Shown here: in pieces, positions 12,401 to 22,127 of the stretch
Layout: each line of letters starts with the position of its first letter
Position numbering within the stretch: position 1 is the stretch's first letter
Origin: a virus
Strand: one strand, 5' to 3'
Virus record (IMG/VR): IMGVR_UViG_3300017752_002639
Span: 7,919 to 71,918 of that record
Length of the DNA stretch: 64,000 nucleotides
Program-made: the position numbers and the translations under genes
Notes under the pieces: generated by a model
Told to the model about the DNA's origin: nothing
Databases searched by the model: none
What the model saw: only the letters and a program-made list of their open reading frames with translations

Positions 12401-15400
12401 AGATATTATTGGTTTATATGATTTAATAGTTACTGATAAAACTACAGACGACAGTACGTTTCCAATAGCAACACAAACTACTGAGCCAGTTGAAGGATTT
12501 TATAAAGTACTTGCTGTTGCATTAAATCAGGTTGTAATTGAAACTAAAGAAGTTATCGAAGATATAATTTCATGTAATGGAATTATAACTAAGTTTATTC
12601 CTGTTAGAGTAGCAGACTTTCAAAGTGCAAACGTACTATCACAAAACGGTGTTGATAAAGGAACACGTATTTGGATTGACGAAGATGAAAACGGTGATTG
12701 GATAGTATTAGAAAATACACAACCGTTTAATTTATTACAAAAGATTCCAGCAGAAGATACTGGTGTTAATAATAACTTTGGACAATCATTAGCAATTGAT
12801 GGAAGAAATGTTACTATGGCATTAGCATCTCCAACTGCTGATGGTAACGGAAAAATATTTACATACACTAGAGGTGGACAAAATCAAAACTTCCAATTTA
12901 CACAACTTATTGAACCAGCAGATAATATATCATCAGGCGGAATGTCATTTGGTGAAGGCGTTGCAATAAGTGCAGACGGCAAATATATAGTAGCAGGTTC
13001 TCCTGATGCAGGCCAAGTAAAAAGTAAATTTAAAGGTAATTATAGTACAACAGCAGATTATGAAAATACTGAAGTTGTAAAATATGGTGATAGCTTATGG
13101 GAAGCAGTAGTCGACATTGATGGAGCAAAATCTGAACAACCGTTTGGTAGCTTTGGATCAATTATTGAAGTTATTCAAGATAACAATATCACATCCGGCG
13201 AAATAGTATTCAACAGTTTGTTAGCAGGTAATTATCCGTTTACAGATGTACCAGACGAAACAACAGGTCATATACTTGTTAGAGCACCTAAAGATGCATA
13301 CGTTGCTACAGGTCCGGGTGACACAGTATTTATGGATTGGTACTTAACAACAAGTGCTAACCAAGACGCACCAACTACTCCAAGACAACCATTCAATGGT
13401 ACCTTTGCAACTATTACTGAAGAGTTCTTAGAAAGAGGTCTACCAATAGTTAAAAAAGTTGATGCAGTATTATATATTAATAGTGTTAGTACTATTCCTG
13501 GAGATACATTACAAGTTGATACAGTAGGCGCAAGCGGATATGTTTCTTATACATACTCAGAAGGCGGCAGAGCTACAGTTTATGTAACAGGTTCAGTAGG
13601 CACTTGGCCAGTATCAGGTTCACTGTTTTTAGAAACAGGCGAGTTTGTTGGCGAATTCCAAAGAGTTGCGCCAGTTGAAGAATCAGTTGATACTAGTAAC
13701 GACTTAGGTGGCTATTGGTGGTTTGATACAGATGATCAATATACTGTAGCCCCAACTAACAGTGACGAAGGTAGAGCGTTAGCAATATACAATGTTATAC
13801 CAGCAGGGAAAGCTGATTCAGGTGGCACAGGCGGAAATGTTATTGACAATAAAAATGACGACATATTTGCTGGTGAAACAAGCCAACACTCATACATAAG
13901 AACATTATCATATGTAGGTACCCCAGGCGCATACGGACAGCTTGATCCTTTTGAAAGTGATTTATTTGTTATGCGAGCTCCTAAAACACTAACAGATAGT
14001 GTTACAGTAGGCGACACTATAGGGGTTGAAGTTTATAGACTACCAGCATATGCAGATGGTTCGTTTGTTGATATATCAACAATTGGATTATCACATTTAC
14101 AAACTAATAAAGATCATGAACTTGTAGCATTATGGGACGGTTACATTGACTTTGAATTAGAAGAAGGTGATAACTTTAATAGATTTGAACCAAAGGTTGG
14201 ACAGTTTGTTAGAGATAGAGTTACAGGCGCAACTGCTAAAGTAGAATTTTATCAAAGAAACAGTATCTATGCTACTATTTTTGTAAGCAATGTAGTTGGT
14301 ACTTGGCAACTTGGTAGTAAGTACGGCGAAGCTTCTGATATTGAAATGCTAGGTAATCCCAATGATCCAGATTTAACTTATCGAGTTACAAGAACATTAG
14401 GTGATATTAAAGCAACAGCACTTGGCAATGACACATATAACATTGGCAAACTTTGCGTATTTAGATTAGGCGGAGTTGTTAGCCCAGTTCCAGATACTGT
14501 TGAAAGAGGAGACTTTGACTTCCATGCCGCATCAGACATAATAGATGCAGAATATATTATCTATAAAGATACACAAATATTAGGCTTACCAACAAATCCA
14601 AATATTCCAGATCAAATTAACTTTGATTGGAAAGAAAGATTTAGTTTGCCTGTGGACGCTAACGGTGTTGCTAACGATTATGATAACTTTGGATTCTTTA
14701 CAGTATATGCAAGAGAAAGTATATCTACATTTACTCCAGTAGGATCATTTATATTCCCTGAAACAATAAATGGATTAGGAATTGGTAGTAAAATTAAAAT
14801 GGCAAAACGCAATGACTTGTATAAAACATTCATTGGTTGTCGAGGAAATGGAACTACTGCTAATCCTGGTAAAATATTCTTTGTAAACAAAGGCACTGAC
14901 GAAGAAGGTATTGAATATAATTGGGAACTTGCAAAAGATAAAAGATTCAAAGGTGAATTTGCACCTGAAAGAAATTACTATGTAAATGACATTGTATTCT
15001 TAGACGGTGAGTTTTATACAGCAAAAACAAATGTACAAGGCAATCCAACTACTCCAGACGATCCAGAAGCACAATTTAACATACTAGATTGGAACTTGTC
15101 AACTAATGACAATATTAGAAGCGTTGACTTTTTAGGTTATGTACCTAATGACACACAATACGTTCCAGGAAACGACAGTTCATTACAATTATCTACAACA
15201 GACTTAATTGAGTTTGGACAAGAGTTTGATGTAACAGACAACGGCGAAGTATTAGCAGTTGTTGCCAAGTATGCTAACGAGCCAAGTAGAGTAATTGTTT
15301 ATAGAAATCAAAATGACAACTATCAAAAATCACAAGAAATAGTTGATCCTCGATATGGCGATACTGAATACAAAGGTAACTGGGCAATTAACACAGCATA

Positions 15401-18400
15401 TGCAGTTAATGATATAGTGTTATGGGGAGAGTCAGATGTTGATGTTTACAATCCTAGTGTAACTGAAGTACTAAGAGAATACATATGTGTCACAGCACAT
15501 ACAAGTGGAACTGAAATTGGTTCAGATGTTAATAAATGGATTGAGTTTGATAGAACAGAATTTGCAAAAACAGTTAGCATTAGTCAAGACGGAAAATTAA
15601 TTGCAATAGGTGCACCTAATGGCGATACTACTATTGCTGAGTCTGGTAAAATTTATATTTACAAACAAGTTAATAGTACTTTTGAATTATCACAAACACT
15701 TGTAAGTGCAAATCCTATAAGAGGTGAATACTTTGGCGGAGAATTAGACTTCGACGGAAACACATTATTTGCAAGTGCATTTAATTCCGCAAGTGATGAC
15801 GTTACAAACTTTGATGGATTTAAAAACAGATTATATCCTGGAAGCACAACTCCAGGAAAACAGTATCTACTAGATACTGATAGTGAAATTGTATCTCCAA
15901 CAACATTCGATAATAAATTTACAACATTCCAAAACAAAATAGCAAGCAATGGTGTTGTGTATGTTTATGAAAAAATTAATGATACATTAGTCTTTGGTCA
16001 AACATTAGATTATAATGTTGCAGACGCAAAATTCTTTGGCAGAAATATTACTGCTCAAAACAATCACATTTATATGTCATTACCTAAGTTTAATAATGCT
16101 GATGGTAAACAAGGTCTTGTATTAGACTTTAATAAAGATATATCAAACAAAGTTTGGAAAGAACATAGAACTCCATCATTACCTGTTGATGTTTCTAAAA
16201 TCAAACGTGTTATGTTATACGACAAAGAAAAAAATGTTATTGTAACTAATCTAGATTATATTGCAGTATCACAAGGTAAAATTGCTGGGACTGCTGATGA
16301 AGAAATACGTTATAAAACATTCTTTGATCCAGCTACATATAATACTGGTATTAACACAGATATAAGAATAAATGAGCTAACAAACTGGGGCGAAAAACAA
16401 GTTGGTCAAGTTTGGTGGGATTTAACAGATGCTAAGTTTTATGATACTACTCAAGGAAGTATAATTTATAAAACAAATAACAATAATAAAATTGCTCCAG
16501 GTGGATCTATTGATGTATATGAATGGGTTGAAAGTACAGTAACTCCAGAACAATGGGATAAGATATCTTCACAGCCAGAAGGCGAAAGAAATGGTATAAC
16601 TGGTACAAGTAAATATGGCAATAATGGATATGTTGAAAAACGCATATATGATAAAATTGCACAAAAATTTGATAAGTTGTATTACTTCTGGGTAAAAGGT
16701 AAAACTAATGCACCTAATGTAGAAAATAGATCAATGAGTATACAAACTATTACATCGTTGATTGAAGATCCAAACGGATCGGGTTACAAGTTTGTGTCGT
16801 TCTATGACAATGGTGAAATGTCAATTCATAATTGTAAAAATTTAGTAAACAATAAAGATGTTGTTTTGAGTATACAGTATTGGACATTTAGTGAACCAGG
16901 TAGTAATATACACAATCAATATCAAATACTAACAGAAGGATTAGGTACAAGTGTGCCTTACGCAGAGATTGAAAATAAATGGATTGATAGTTTAGTTGGA
17001 TACGATAAACAATCAAGACCAGTTCCTGATACTAATCTTTCTCCGAGAGAACGTTATGGTATTTTAAATAAACCAAGACAAGGTTGGTTTATTAATAGAA
17101 CTGAAGCATTAAAACAACTTGTTGAAAGAGTTAATAATGTCTTTATAGATAATCTTATTGAAGAAGAAAAGAATTTAGTCAAGTTACAAGATACAGATCC
17201 TGCTCCAAGTCAAACACTAGGATTGTTTGATGTTACAGTTGACACTGAAATAGATTTACAATTTATTGGTGTTGCACGAGCGACAACTGCTCAAATTACA
17301 CCAGTTGTTGAAAACGGAAAAATTGTTAGATTAGAAATTAATAATCCTGGACGTGGATATAGAGTTGCGCCGTCTTATACTATAGAAGGTTCAGGTAGCG
17401 GTGCAGAATTTGAATTTACATTAGATAATTTAGGTAAAATTACAACTGCAACTGTAATAGAACAAGGCAACAACTACGGATCAAATACATTTATAACAGT
17501 ACGTCCGTTTGCGGCACTAGTAACGGCTGATAGTGCAATCAATGGTAAGTGGGCATTATTCAACAGAAATGCTACTACATCTAATTGGATTCGAATTAAC
17601 AGTCAAGCATATGATGTAACAAAGTTTTGGAATTATGTAGATTGGTATGCAACTGGTTATAATGCTTTTACAGAAATTGATTATGTAATTACGCAGAGCT
17701 ATGAATTAGAAAGTCTAGACGACAAATTTGGAGACGTTGTAAAAATTCTAAATATTGGCGGAGCTGGTTGGTTACTGCTAGAAAAAATTAATGATCTTGA
17801 CACTACTGACTATACTGTAAACTATAAAACTATTGGTAAGCAAAACGGCACAATTCAACTGTCGCAAAACTTGTACAACTTACAAAATAGTAGAGTAGGG
17901 TTTGATACTCAAACATTTGATACACAGTTCTTTGACAGTCAGCCAGTTGAAGAAATAAGAATTATAATGCAAGCATTAAAGCAAGATATTTTAACAGACG
18001 ATCTTCAAGATGAATATAATAAGTTATTTTTTGCAGGACTGCGCTATGTGTTTGCAGAACAAGGTTATGTTGACTGGGCATTTAAAACAAGTTTTGTTAA
18101 AGCAAAACATAATGTTGGTAACTTAACACAACGAGTTACATTTAAAAATGATAGTCTTGAAAGTTACGAAGATTATATACAAGAAGTTAAACCATACACA
18201 ACAACAATTAGAGAGTACCTATCAACATATGATAATGTAGAACGTAGTTCAAGTGTTATTACTGATTTTGATAGCCCTCCAAGTTACGACAATACGTCAA
18301 CTACAATTGAAACTAATAACATACGTTTAATTAACGGACTGCTTACAGGTGATAGCGGCGATCGCTTTGCTAATTATCCAGAAAGATATTGGTTAGAAAA

Positions 18401-21400
18401 TGCTTCGTATGAAATTATAGATATTGAAATTAGTGATGCTGGAGAAGGATATGTGTCAGCACCAAAAATTGAAATTGAAGGAAATGCTAAAGCAGAAGCA
18501 AGCCTAGGACCAGGTGGCAAAATTAGTAGTGTTAAAGTACTAAACTCTGGAAGCAATTATTTAACAAGTCCTACAATTACAATTAACGGCGCAAAAAATG
18601 ATAATGGCAGAGATGCAAGGTTGAGTGCTGTGTTAGGTAAGAGTAAAGTAAGAACAATGCACACTAAAATTAAATTTGATAGAGTGTCAGGCACGTTCTT
18701 TATTACACAGTTAAATGAATTAGAAACATTTAGTGCTACAGGATCTAAAACTGAATTTACTTTAAAATGGCCAATGGACATGAGAACTAACACTGTTGAA
18801 GTTACTGTAGATGGCGAACTAGTATTAAACAGTGAATATAGTTATCAAAACGTATATGATGCAGATACTAAACTAAATTACGGAAAAATTAGTTTTGTTA
18901 ATCCACCAGCCAACACACTTACAGTTCAAGTTACTTACAAAAAAGCAATTGATTTATTAGATGCACAAGATAGAGTTAACTTGTTCTATAATCCAACAAG
19001 TGGTCAAATTGGAAACGATATCAGTCAATTAATGACAGGAGTTGATTATGGTGGTGTAGAAGTCAAGAGCTTTGAGTTTGGATCACCTCCAGGTTGGGAC
19101 ACTGGCGATTGGTATAACGGTGCTTGGGATATATATGATGATTTGTTTGAGGAAGAACTATTCCAAACAGATGGATCAACATTAGTGTTTACTCTTTCTA
19201 AACCATTAGAGAATGGTGTAAAATATAATGTTTATATCAATGGTATAAGAGTTGATGATGAAGAGTATGACGGTACATCAAGTGTTAATAATAAAAATGC
19301 ATTTATGGAAACGTTAGTAGGTGACGGAATTGTTGATACACTTACAATTGAAAACGAAAACGGTTATAGAAACTTCTTAGAAACTCAAACAGATGGACAA
19401 GATAATCCGCCAGCACAAATAATAAAAATTATTAAATCTACTTCAGATGGTGCAAGACTAATTGATTCAGAAAGTTATGATACTGATATTAGTGGTGGCG
19501 ATCTTGCATACACAACTGCAAAAGGTATTAAAGCAGAAGAAATTAATATTGATGGTGACGGCTTTGTTACAGAAACTACAAGTTCAGGACCTGAAGAAAC
19601 AATTCCAGGGCAAGTATTAGATACACTAGACATTACTGTATTTGAACGTCCAGTAGGCGGAAGTAGTTTAATACAAACTACATCATATACAGGCGATGGA
19701 GTAACAACTACGTTTAACCTTAGACAACGTCCGTATAGTTTTGAAAGTGTAATACTTAAAGTTAATGGTGCTGTACCTGCTACTAACACTTATAAAATAG
19801 ATTATAAAAATAGTGAAATTATATTTTATGTAGCACCAGCAGTAGATGATAAACTTGATATTATTAGTATGGGTGTTAGTGGTAATAATATTCTTGATTA
19901 TGATGAGTTTACTACAGACGGTAGCACACAAGAATTTTTAACAAACGTTGATTACTCAGACAATGTACATGCTTATGTAACAGTTAATGGAGAAGAATTA
20001 CCATTCCAATTATTAGAATCAGACGAAAGTTATGCAATAGCAAACAGATGTGTTATTAGATTTGTACAAGCACCAATTGCAGATAAGTTAATACAGTTTG
20101 CTATATTTGATAATTCAATTGAATCCTTTAGTAAAGTGTCATTAGAAGAAATTACAGCAGATGGTAGTAGCATTGCATACCAATTAAACAAAGTTCCTTT
20201 ACAACAAGATCCTATTGCTTATCATACTATTATAATGATAGATAATAAAGTATTAAATGCAGGGTATAGTGAACAGTTTATAGTTGAAGAAAGTCAACAA
20301 GAATTTAAATTAAAAGTTTGGCAAGTTCCAATTGCATCAGTTTCAGGTAATGAAATTGAAGTATTCTTAAATGGAAGAAAGTTACAATTCTTACAAGAAT
20401 GGACATATGAAGGTGCTGGTTCATTTAATCCAGCAGTTAATGCAGATGCACAACCTGGTAGTACAGTTATACTAAACAGAGGTGTTGCAGTTGCAGGAGA
20501 TGAACTAAAAGTACACATTATAACAAGTGGTGAATATCAATTTGGATATTATGACTCTAGTGATGAATGGGTAGACACAGCAGGCGGCGATAGTACTCCA
20601 GCAGTTGTATACTTTGATGAAGCTCCAGCAGAAAATTCAACTATCAGAGTTTACCAGTTTACTAACCATGATAGTCAAGGAATTGACAGACAAAATTATG
20701 ATATTGTTCAGCGTACTGCAATGACAGTAGGCTCTGAAGGATATAACGAATATAGATTGCTTACTAACGGATTGTTTAATCTTAGATCAGAAGCAGTTAG
20801 TACAGATTATGTTTGGATAAGTTTAAATGGTAGATGGTTAGTTCCAACAGCAGATTACGTTTTACTTGAAAACAAAAAAACAATAAAACTAATTACTACA
20901 GTTTACAAAGACGATGTAGTTGATGTAATACATTTTTCTAACCCACCTGTAAGTATAAAGTATGGATGGAGACAGTTTAAAGATATATTAAACAAAAATG
21001 TTTATAAGAGACTTGATAAAGACGGGTTCTATCAACTTGCAGAAGATTTAAATTGGTATGATAGAACTATTACAGTTATTGACAAAGATAACGGTAATTT
21101 ACCTACACCAACAAAATCAAAACCTGGTATTGTGTTTATTGGAAAAGAGCGTATTGAATACTTGCGTAAAGAAGGTAATGTATTAAAACAGTTACGTCGA
21201 GGCACAGCAGGTACAAGTATTGCTCAAATACATTCAAGCGGTACAGAGCTAGTTAACCAAAGTTTAGAAACAAGCATGCCATACAAAGATACAGAAGAAG
21301 TTGTTATTAACTTCTCAGGCAACTATGTTGATATGTCAACCAAGTATGATAACGATGGCGGCATAACAGTTGATGGTATTGCATATAACTTTAACAATAA

Positions 21401-22106
21401 TACAGTATTTCCATTAGGTGGACAGTTAGCAACAGTTAACGGCACAGGATTTAGACCTACTGTACAAGCACGTATGCAAAACACAGCAGGCGAAGTAATA
21501 GACTTAGCAACTACATATGTAAACGAAACGCAATTTACATTTACAACAGTTGGCATGCCAGTTGGTGCATATGACTTAGTAGTTTATAATGATGTAGAAA
21601 CTGTACCGTTACTAAGACCTGCAACAAGTTATGTTGCACCTAAAGCACTTAGGTATGTACAAGTACTATTACCGTTTGCACCAACACCAAATCCAATTAG
21701 TGCAACAGTATGGAACGAAACTAATCAAACAGGTTGGTATAAAGCACCATATGCTAGTGGTGGAATACCAGATGAATACTGGGAAGCACAAGATATTGAA
21801 ATATTTGCTAATGGATTACGTCTAAGAAAGAATCCTTTGAAAACATATGATGTTACTAAAGGACAATTTAGCCCAGCAGGCGATGTTTGGTTAGAAGCAC
21901 AATATGCTGTAAACAAAAATGTTGGAGCGTATGTACGCCTAACTGAGCCGCCAGAGCCTAATACTAAGCTAACTATAGTAAGACGCCTTGGTAAAATATG
22001 GAACGAAGTAATAGATTCAACTACAGGGGCAACAAAACCGCTAGGATCATCAGAAACTGAGGTAGCAACGTTCTTGCGTGGAAAGAGTATTGATCTACCG
22101 CGATAA
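6414..22106 (+). CDS. Giant 5,230-aa baseplate/tail adhesin-like structural protein
   Basis: One uninterrupted ORF after the gp6-like gene (gp7-like position). Contains FG-GAP-like repeats (FGQSLAIDG, FGEGVAISADG, FGQEFDV, FGGELDFDG), about five CBM5/12-like 'W/Y..Y..G..V....Y' modules and an IPT/TIG-like segment near the C-terminus. Confidence 0.75.
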   Translation: MAQDKDQNEFPLPVGGNQKRTSSYHLPKYFRTDKNQKFLQSTLDQLIQPGVAEKINGFVGRKTAKAFVKDDNYVDDVTAERRDYQLEPVSVIKDDLDNVEFYADYRDYMNQIANFSGIVDDHSKNNKQEFYTWQPHIDWDKFTNFREYYWLPNGPQTVVIPGEDKEITSTYTVNLAEALGDYSYLFTPDGLTNNPVLKLYRGVKYVFEVNTPGLPLTFKTARTLEEEFLITDGISAQSVETGTIELVLGPDAPSEIFYVAENDINVGGVIKVANASEATTIDVDAELIGKKSYTSRDGWTLTNGLKVRFEGEVQPAKYQNSEWYVEGVGDKIQLVSDIDVEVSFPVGIDLVVPFDGEEGFDRLPFGTATGYPRDKDYITINRASPDGNFWSRYNRWYHKDVIELAASINSLDTQIDETQRANRPIIEFNSGLKLYNFGTKSKQVIDLIDDYTTDAFSTIEGSLGYNIDSEQLSEGMRVMFLADTDPLVNGKIFEVKFIKFKGSGTQGQISLVVTDDSEPSPNENVLVTKGTLYAGSLWYYDGTKWNRAQEKTSVNQPPLFDLFDVNGYSFSDLVQYPATTFRGTKIFGYKEGTGTADSVLGFPLTYRSINNVGDILFNFDYNSDNFEYQLNDETYSIESRSGYLRKFNANNQYSVVGRYEKADSLSKQEVILQYVNDGTRITYPINCYNQSAFITDLKTTIFVNDKIQIEGTDYTLVDSADKIKSVNFLYTIASDANIIIKTCTDTPKNENGYYEIAHNLERNPLNENVSGFTLGEVTEHVSTITENIPGYVGTFPGPGNLRDIANQSQYGRKFIKNSSPLNLSMFSLLDRESNIVNAMRYSRKEYSKFKRLFLETAETLGYEGPVKQHVDIIIKEITKDKTNNMPFYFSDMIAHGPSITTRITVEDVDAQFFALNTAFTLEKLNTSAVTVYLNENQLVHNKDYTFNSDGYLKITATKEFNDIIEINEYETTNGSYIPPTPTKLGLYPLYEPALYTDDTYSSSPTMIQGHDGSIIKAYDDFRDNLILELERRIFNNIKIKYDASILDINSYVTGNFRDNGFTRQQIYAPMITDFVQWLTLVDEDYTTHKYFNRLDSFSFNYKNMRGPNNTVLPGWWRGAYNYMYDTDRPHTHPWEMLGFSIQPTWWEEQYGPAPYTAENKLLWEDIEKGIIREPNKPFIINKKYARAGLYNYLPVDIDGNLLSPSNANLPINYDSTGIDDSFVFGDNGPVESAWRRSSDYPFAILTSWMINNSPALLSAGFDRSRQVRNTLGQLIYTESGDHLTLDKIVFPNTPNDSKQVLTSGLVNYVADYMASNITASFKQYGTRIQSIKNMLGFKLGGFTDKSKFKLILDSRTPLNKGNVFIPEENYNIILNTSSAIKLVNYSGVIIEKQTGGFIVRGYSEETPAFKYHRALPTAKDVYVNVGGVSEPYTEWQAQQTYIEGKNVQFQNVFYKVIKTHTASANFDAEKFAKIPQIPISGGSDAYFRDQFDTRNVELMPYGTELKTIQEVVDFLLGYQSFLKLEGFNFEYYDGDESVISDWKNSCREFMFWSTQNWAEGAIISLSPVADEINFSTEYSVVDNIFDNFFGYSLLKSDGTKLTDNFTRISRTDPNKLQVQPRNTSDGVYAIRLPIVQKEHIILIDNLSVFGDVIYQPSTGYRQERIKVLGYKTSDWDGSLNIPGFIYNEAKVKQWAQWTDYDIGALIKYKEFYYSSNAQIAGSETFDDSHWTRLSSKPESSMTTNFEYKTNQFTDFYSLDTDNFDVDQQQLAQHLIGYQKRQYLENIINDEVSQYKFYQGMIQDKGTRNSLDKLFDVLSSADKESLDFYEEWAIKQGQYGASEGFDELEIELDELKYRAEPQPIHLSNDDTANTDLVYRIKDFEIFKKPNNYTTNVLPTVDKVPNFTKTPGFVHLDDVSLSVGKYNDILDQQFTSIPKDSYVWVSTQKQSWNVLQHKSTQWKALSVKGNATAISTGTDEANQSTVTLSNAPTDIKAGDIIGLYDLIVTDKTTDDSTFPIATQTTEPVEGFYKVLAVALNQVVIETKEVIEDIISCNGIITKFIPVRVADFQSANVLSQNGVDKGTRIWIDEDENGDWIVLENTQPFNLLQKIPAEDTGVNNNFGQSLAIDGRNVTMALASPTADGNGKIFTYTRGGQNQNFQFTQLIEPADNISSGGMSFGEGVAISADGKYIVAGSPDAGQVKSKFKGNYSTTADYENTEVVKYGDSLWEAVVDIDGAKSEQPFGSFGSIIEVIQDNNITSGEIVFNSLLAGNYPFTDVPDETTGHILVRAPKDAYVATGPGDTVFMDWYLTTSANQDAPTTPRQPFNGTFATITEEFLERGLPIVKKVDAVLYINSVSTIPGDTLQVDTVGASGYVSYTYSEGGRATVYVTGSVGTWPVSGSLFLETGEFVGEFQRVAPVEESVDTSNDLGGYWWFDTDDQYTVAPTNSDEGRALAIYNVIPAGKADSGGTGGNVIDNKNDDIFAGETSQHSYIRTLSYVGTPGAYGQLDPFESDLFVMRAPKTLTDSVTVGDTIGVEVYRLPAYADGSFVDISTIGLSHLQTNKDHELVALWDGYIDFELEEGDNFNRFEPKVGQFVRDRVTGATAKVEFYQRNSIYATIFVSNVVGTWQLGSKYGEASDIEMLGNPNDPDLTYRVTRTLGDIKATALGNDTYNIGKLCVFRLGGVVSPVPDTVERGDFDFHAASDIIDAEYIIYKDTQILGLPTNPNIPDQINFDWKERFSLPVDANGVANDYDNFGFFTVYARESISTFTPVGSFIFPETINGLGIGSKIKMAKRNDLYKTFIGCRGNGTTANPGKIFFVNKGTDEEGIEYNWELAKDKRFKGEFAPERNYYVNDIVFLDGEFYTAKTNVQGNPTTPDDPEAQFNILDWNLSTNDNIRSVDFLGYVPNDTQYVPGNDSSLQLSTTDLIEFGQEFDVTDNGEVLAVVAKYANEPSRVIVYRNQNDNYQKSQEIVDPRYGDTEYKGNWAINTAYAVNDIVLWGESDVDVYNPSVTEVLREYICVTAHTSGTEIGSDVNKWIEFDRTEFAKTVSISQDGKLIAIGAPNGDTTIAESGKIYIYKQVNSTFELSQTLVSANPIRGEYFGGELDFDGNTLFASAFNSASDDVTNFDGFKNRLYPGSTTPGKQYLLDTDSEIVSPTTFDNKFTTFQNKIASNGVVYVYEKINDTLVFGQTLDYNVADAKFFGRNITAQNNHIYMSLPKFNNADGKQGLVLDFNKDISNKVWKEHRTPSLPVDVSKIKRVMLYDKEKNVIVTNLDYIAVSQGKIAGTADEEIRYKTFFDPATYNTGINTDIRINELTNWGEKQVGQVWWDLTDAKFYDTTQGSIIYKTNNNNKIAPGGSIDVYEWVESTVTPEQWDKISSQPEGERNGITGTSKYGNNGYVEKRIYDKIAQKFDKLYYFWVKGKTNAPNVENRSMSIQTITSLIEDPNGSGYKFVSFYDNGEMSIHNCKNLVNNKDVVLSIQYWTFSEPGSNIHNQYQILTEGLGTSVPYAEIENKWIDSLVGYDKQSRPVPDTNLSPRERYGILNKPRQGWFINRTEALKQLVERVNNVFIDNLIEEEKNLVKLQDTDPAPSQTLGLFDVTVDTEIDLQFIGVARATTAQITPVVENGKIVRLEINNPGRGYRVAPSYTIEGSGSGAEFEFTLDNLGKITTATVIEQGNNYGSNTFITVRPFAALVTADSAINGKWALFNRNATTSNWIRINSQAYDVTKFWNYVDWYATGYNAFTEIDYVITQSYELESLDDKFGDVVKILNIGGAGWLLLEKINDLDTTDYTVNYKTIGKQNGTIQLSQNLYNLQNSRVGFDTQTFDTQFFDSQPVEEIRIIMQALKQDILTDDLQDEYNKLFFAGLRYVFAEQGYVDWAFKTSFVKAKHNVGNLTQRVTFKNDSLESYEDYIQEVKPYTTTIREYLSTYDNVERSSSVITDFDSPPSYDNTSTTIETNNIRLINGLLTGDSGDRFANYPERYWLENASYEIIDIEISDAGEGYVSAPKIEIEGNAKAEASLGPGGKISSVKVLNSGSNYLTSPTITINGAKNDNGRDARLSAVLGKSKVRTMHTKIKFDRVSGTFFITQLNELETFSATGSKTEFTLKWPMDMRTNTVEVTVDGELVLNSEYSYQNVYDADTKLNYGKISFVNPPANTLTVQVTYKKAIDLLDAQDRVNLFYNPTSGQIGNDISQLMTGVDYGGVEVKSFEFGSPPGWDTGDWYNGAWDIYDDLFEEELFQTDGSTLVFTLSKPLENGVKYNVYINGIRVDDEEYDGTSSVNNKNAFMETLVGDGIVDTLTIENENGYRNFLETQTDGQDNPPAQIIKIIKSTSDGARLIDSESYDTDISGGDLAYTTAKGIKAEEINIDGDGFVTETTSSGPEETIPGQVLDTLDITVFERPVGGSSLIQTTSYTGDGVTTTFNLRQRPYSFESVILKVNGAVPATNTYKIDYKNSEIIFYVAPAVDDKLDIISMGVSGNNILDYDEFTTDGSTQEFLTNVDYSDNVHAYVTVNGEELPFQLLESDESYAIANRCVIRFVQAPIADKLIQFAIFDNSIESFSKVSLEEITADGSSIAYQLNKVPLQQDPIAYHTIIMIDNKVLNAGYSEQFIVEESQQEFKLKVWQVPIASVSGNEIEVFLNGRKLQFLQEWTYEGAGSFNPAVNADAQPGSTVILNRGVAVAGDELKVHIITSGEYQFGYYDSSDEWVDTAGGDSTPAVVYFDEAPAENSTIRVYQFTNHDSQGIDRQNYDIVQRTAMTVGSEGYNEYRLLTNGLFNLRSEAVSTDYVWISLNGRWLVPTADYVLLENKKTIKLITTVYKDDVVDVIHFSNPPVSIKYGWRQFKDILNKNVYKRLDKDGFYQLAEDLNWYDRTITVIDKDNGNLPTPTKSKPGIVFIGKERIEYLRKEGNVLKQLRRGTAGTSIAQIHSSGTELVNQSLETSMPYKDTEEVVINFSGNYVDMSTKYDNDGGITVDGIAYNFNNNTVFPLGGQLATVNGTGFRPTVQARMQNTAGEVIDLATTYVNETQFTFTTVGMPVGAYDLVVYNDVETVPLLRPATSYVAPKALRYVQVLLPFAPTPNPISATVWNETNQTGWYKAPYASGGIPDEYWEAQDIEIFANGLRLRKNPLKTYDVTKGQFSPAGDVWLEAQYAVNKNVGAYVRLTEPPEPNTKLTIVRRLGKIWNEVIDSTTGATKPLGSSETEVATFLRGKSIDLPR

Positions 22107-22109
22107 ATA
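22103..22109 (+). promoter_or_regulatory. Late promoter ATAAATA overlapping the stop codon of the giant gene
   Basis: CGATAAATAC, then AGGA and ATG 22128. Confidence 0.6.
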
Positions 22110-22127
22110 CATTGACAGGAAATAAAA

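Noticed and set aside
6414-22106. Possible intein or intron in the giant ORF
   Set aside because: No Hint (C...HN) or LAGLIDADG/HNH motifs and no frame interruption seen.
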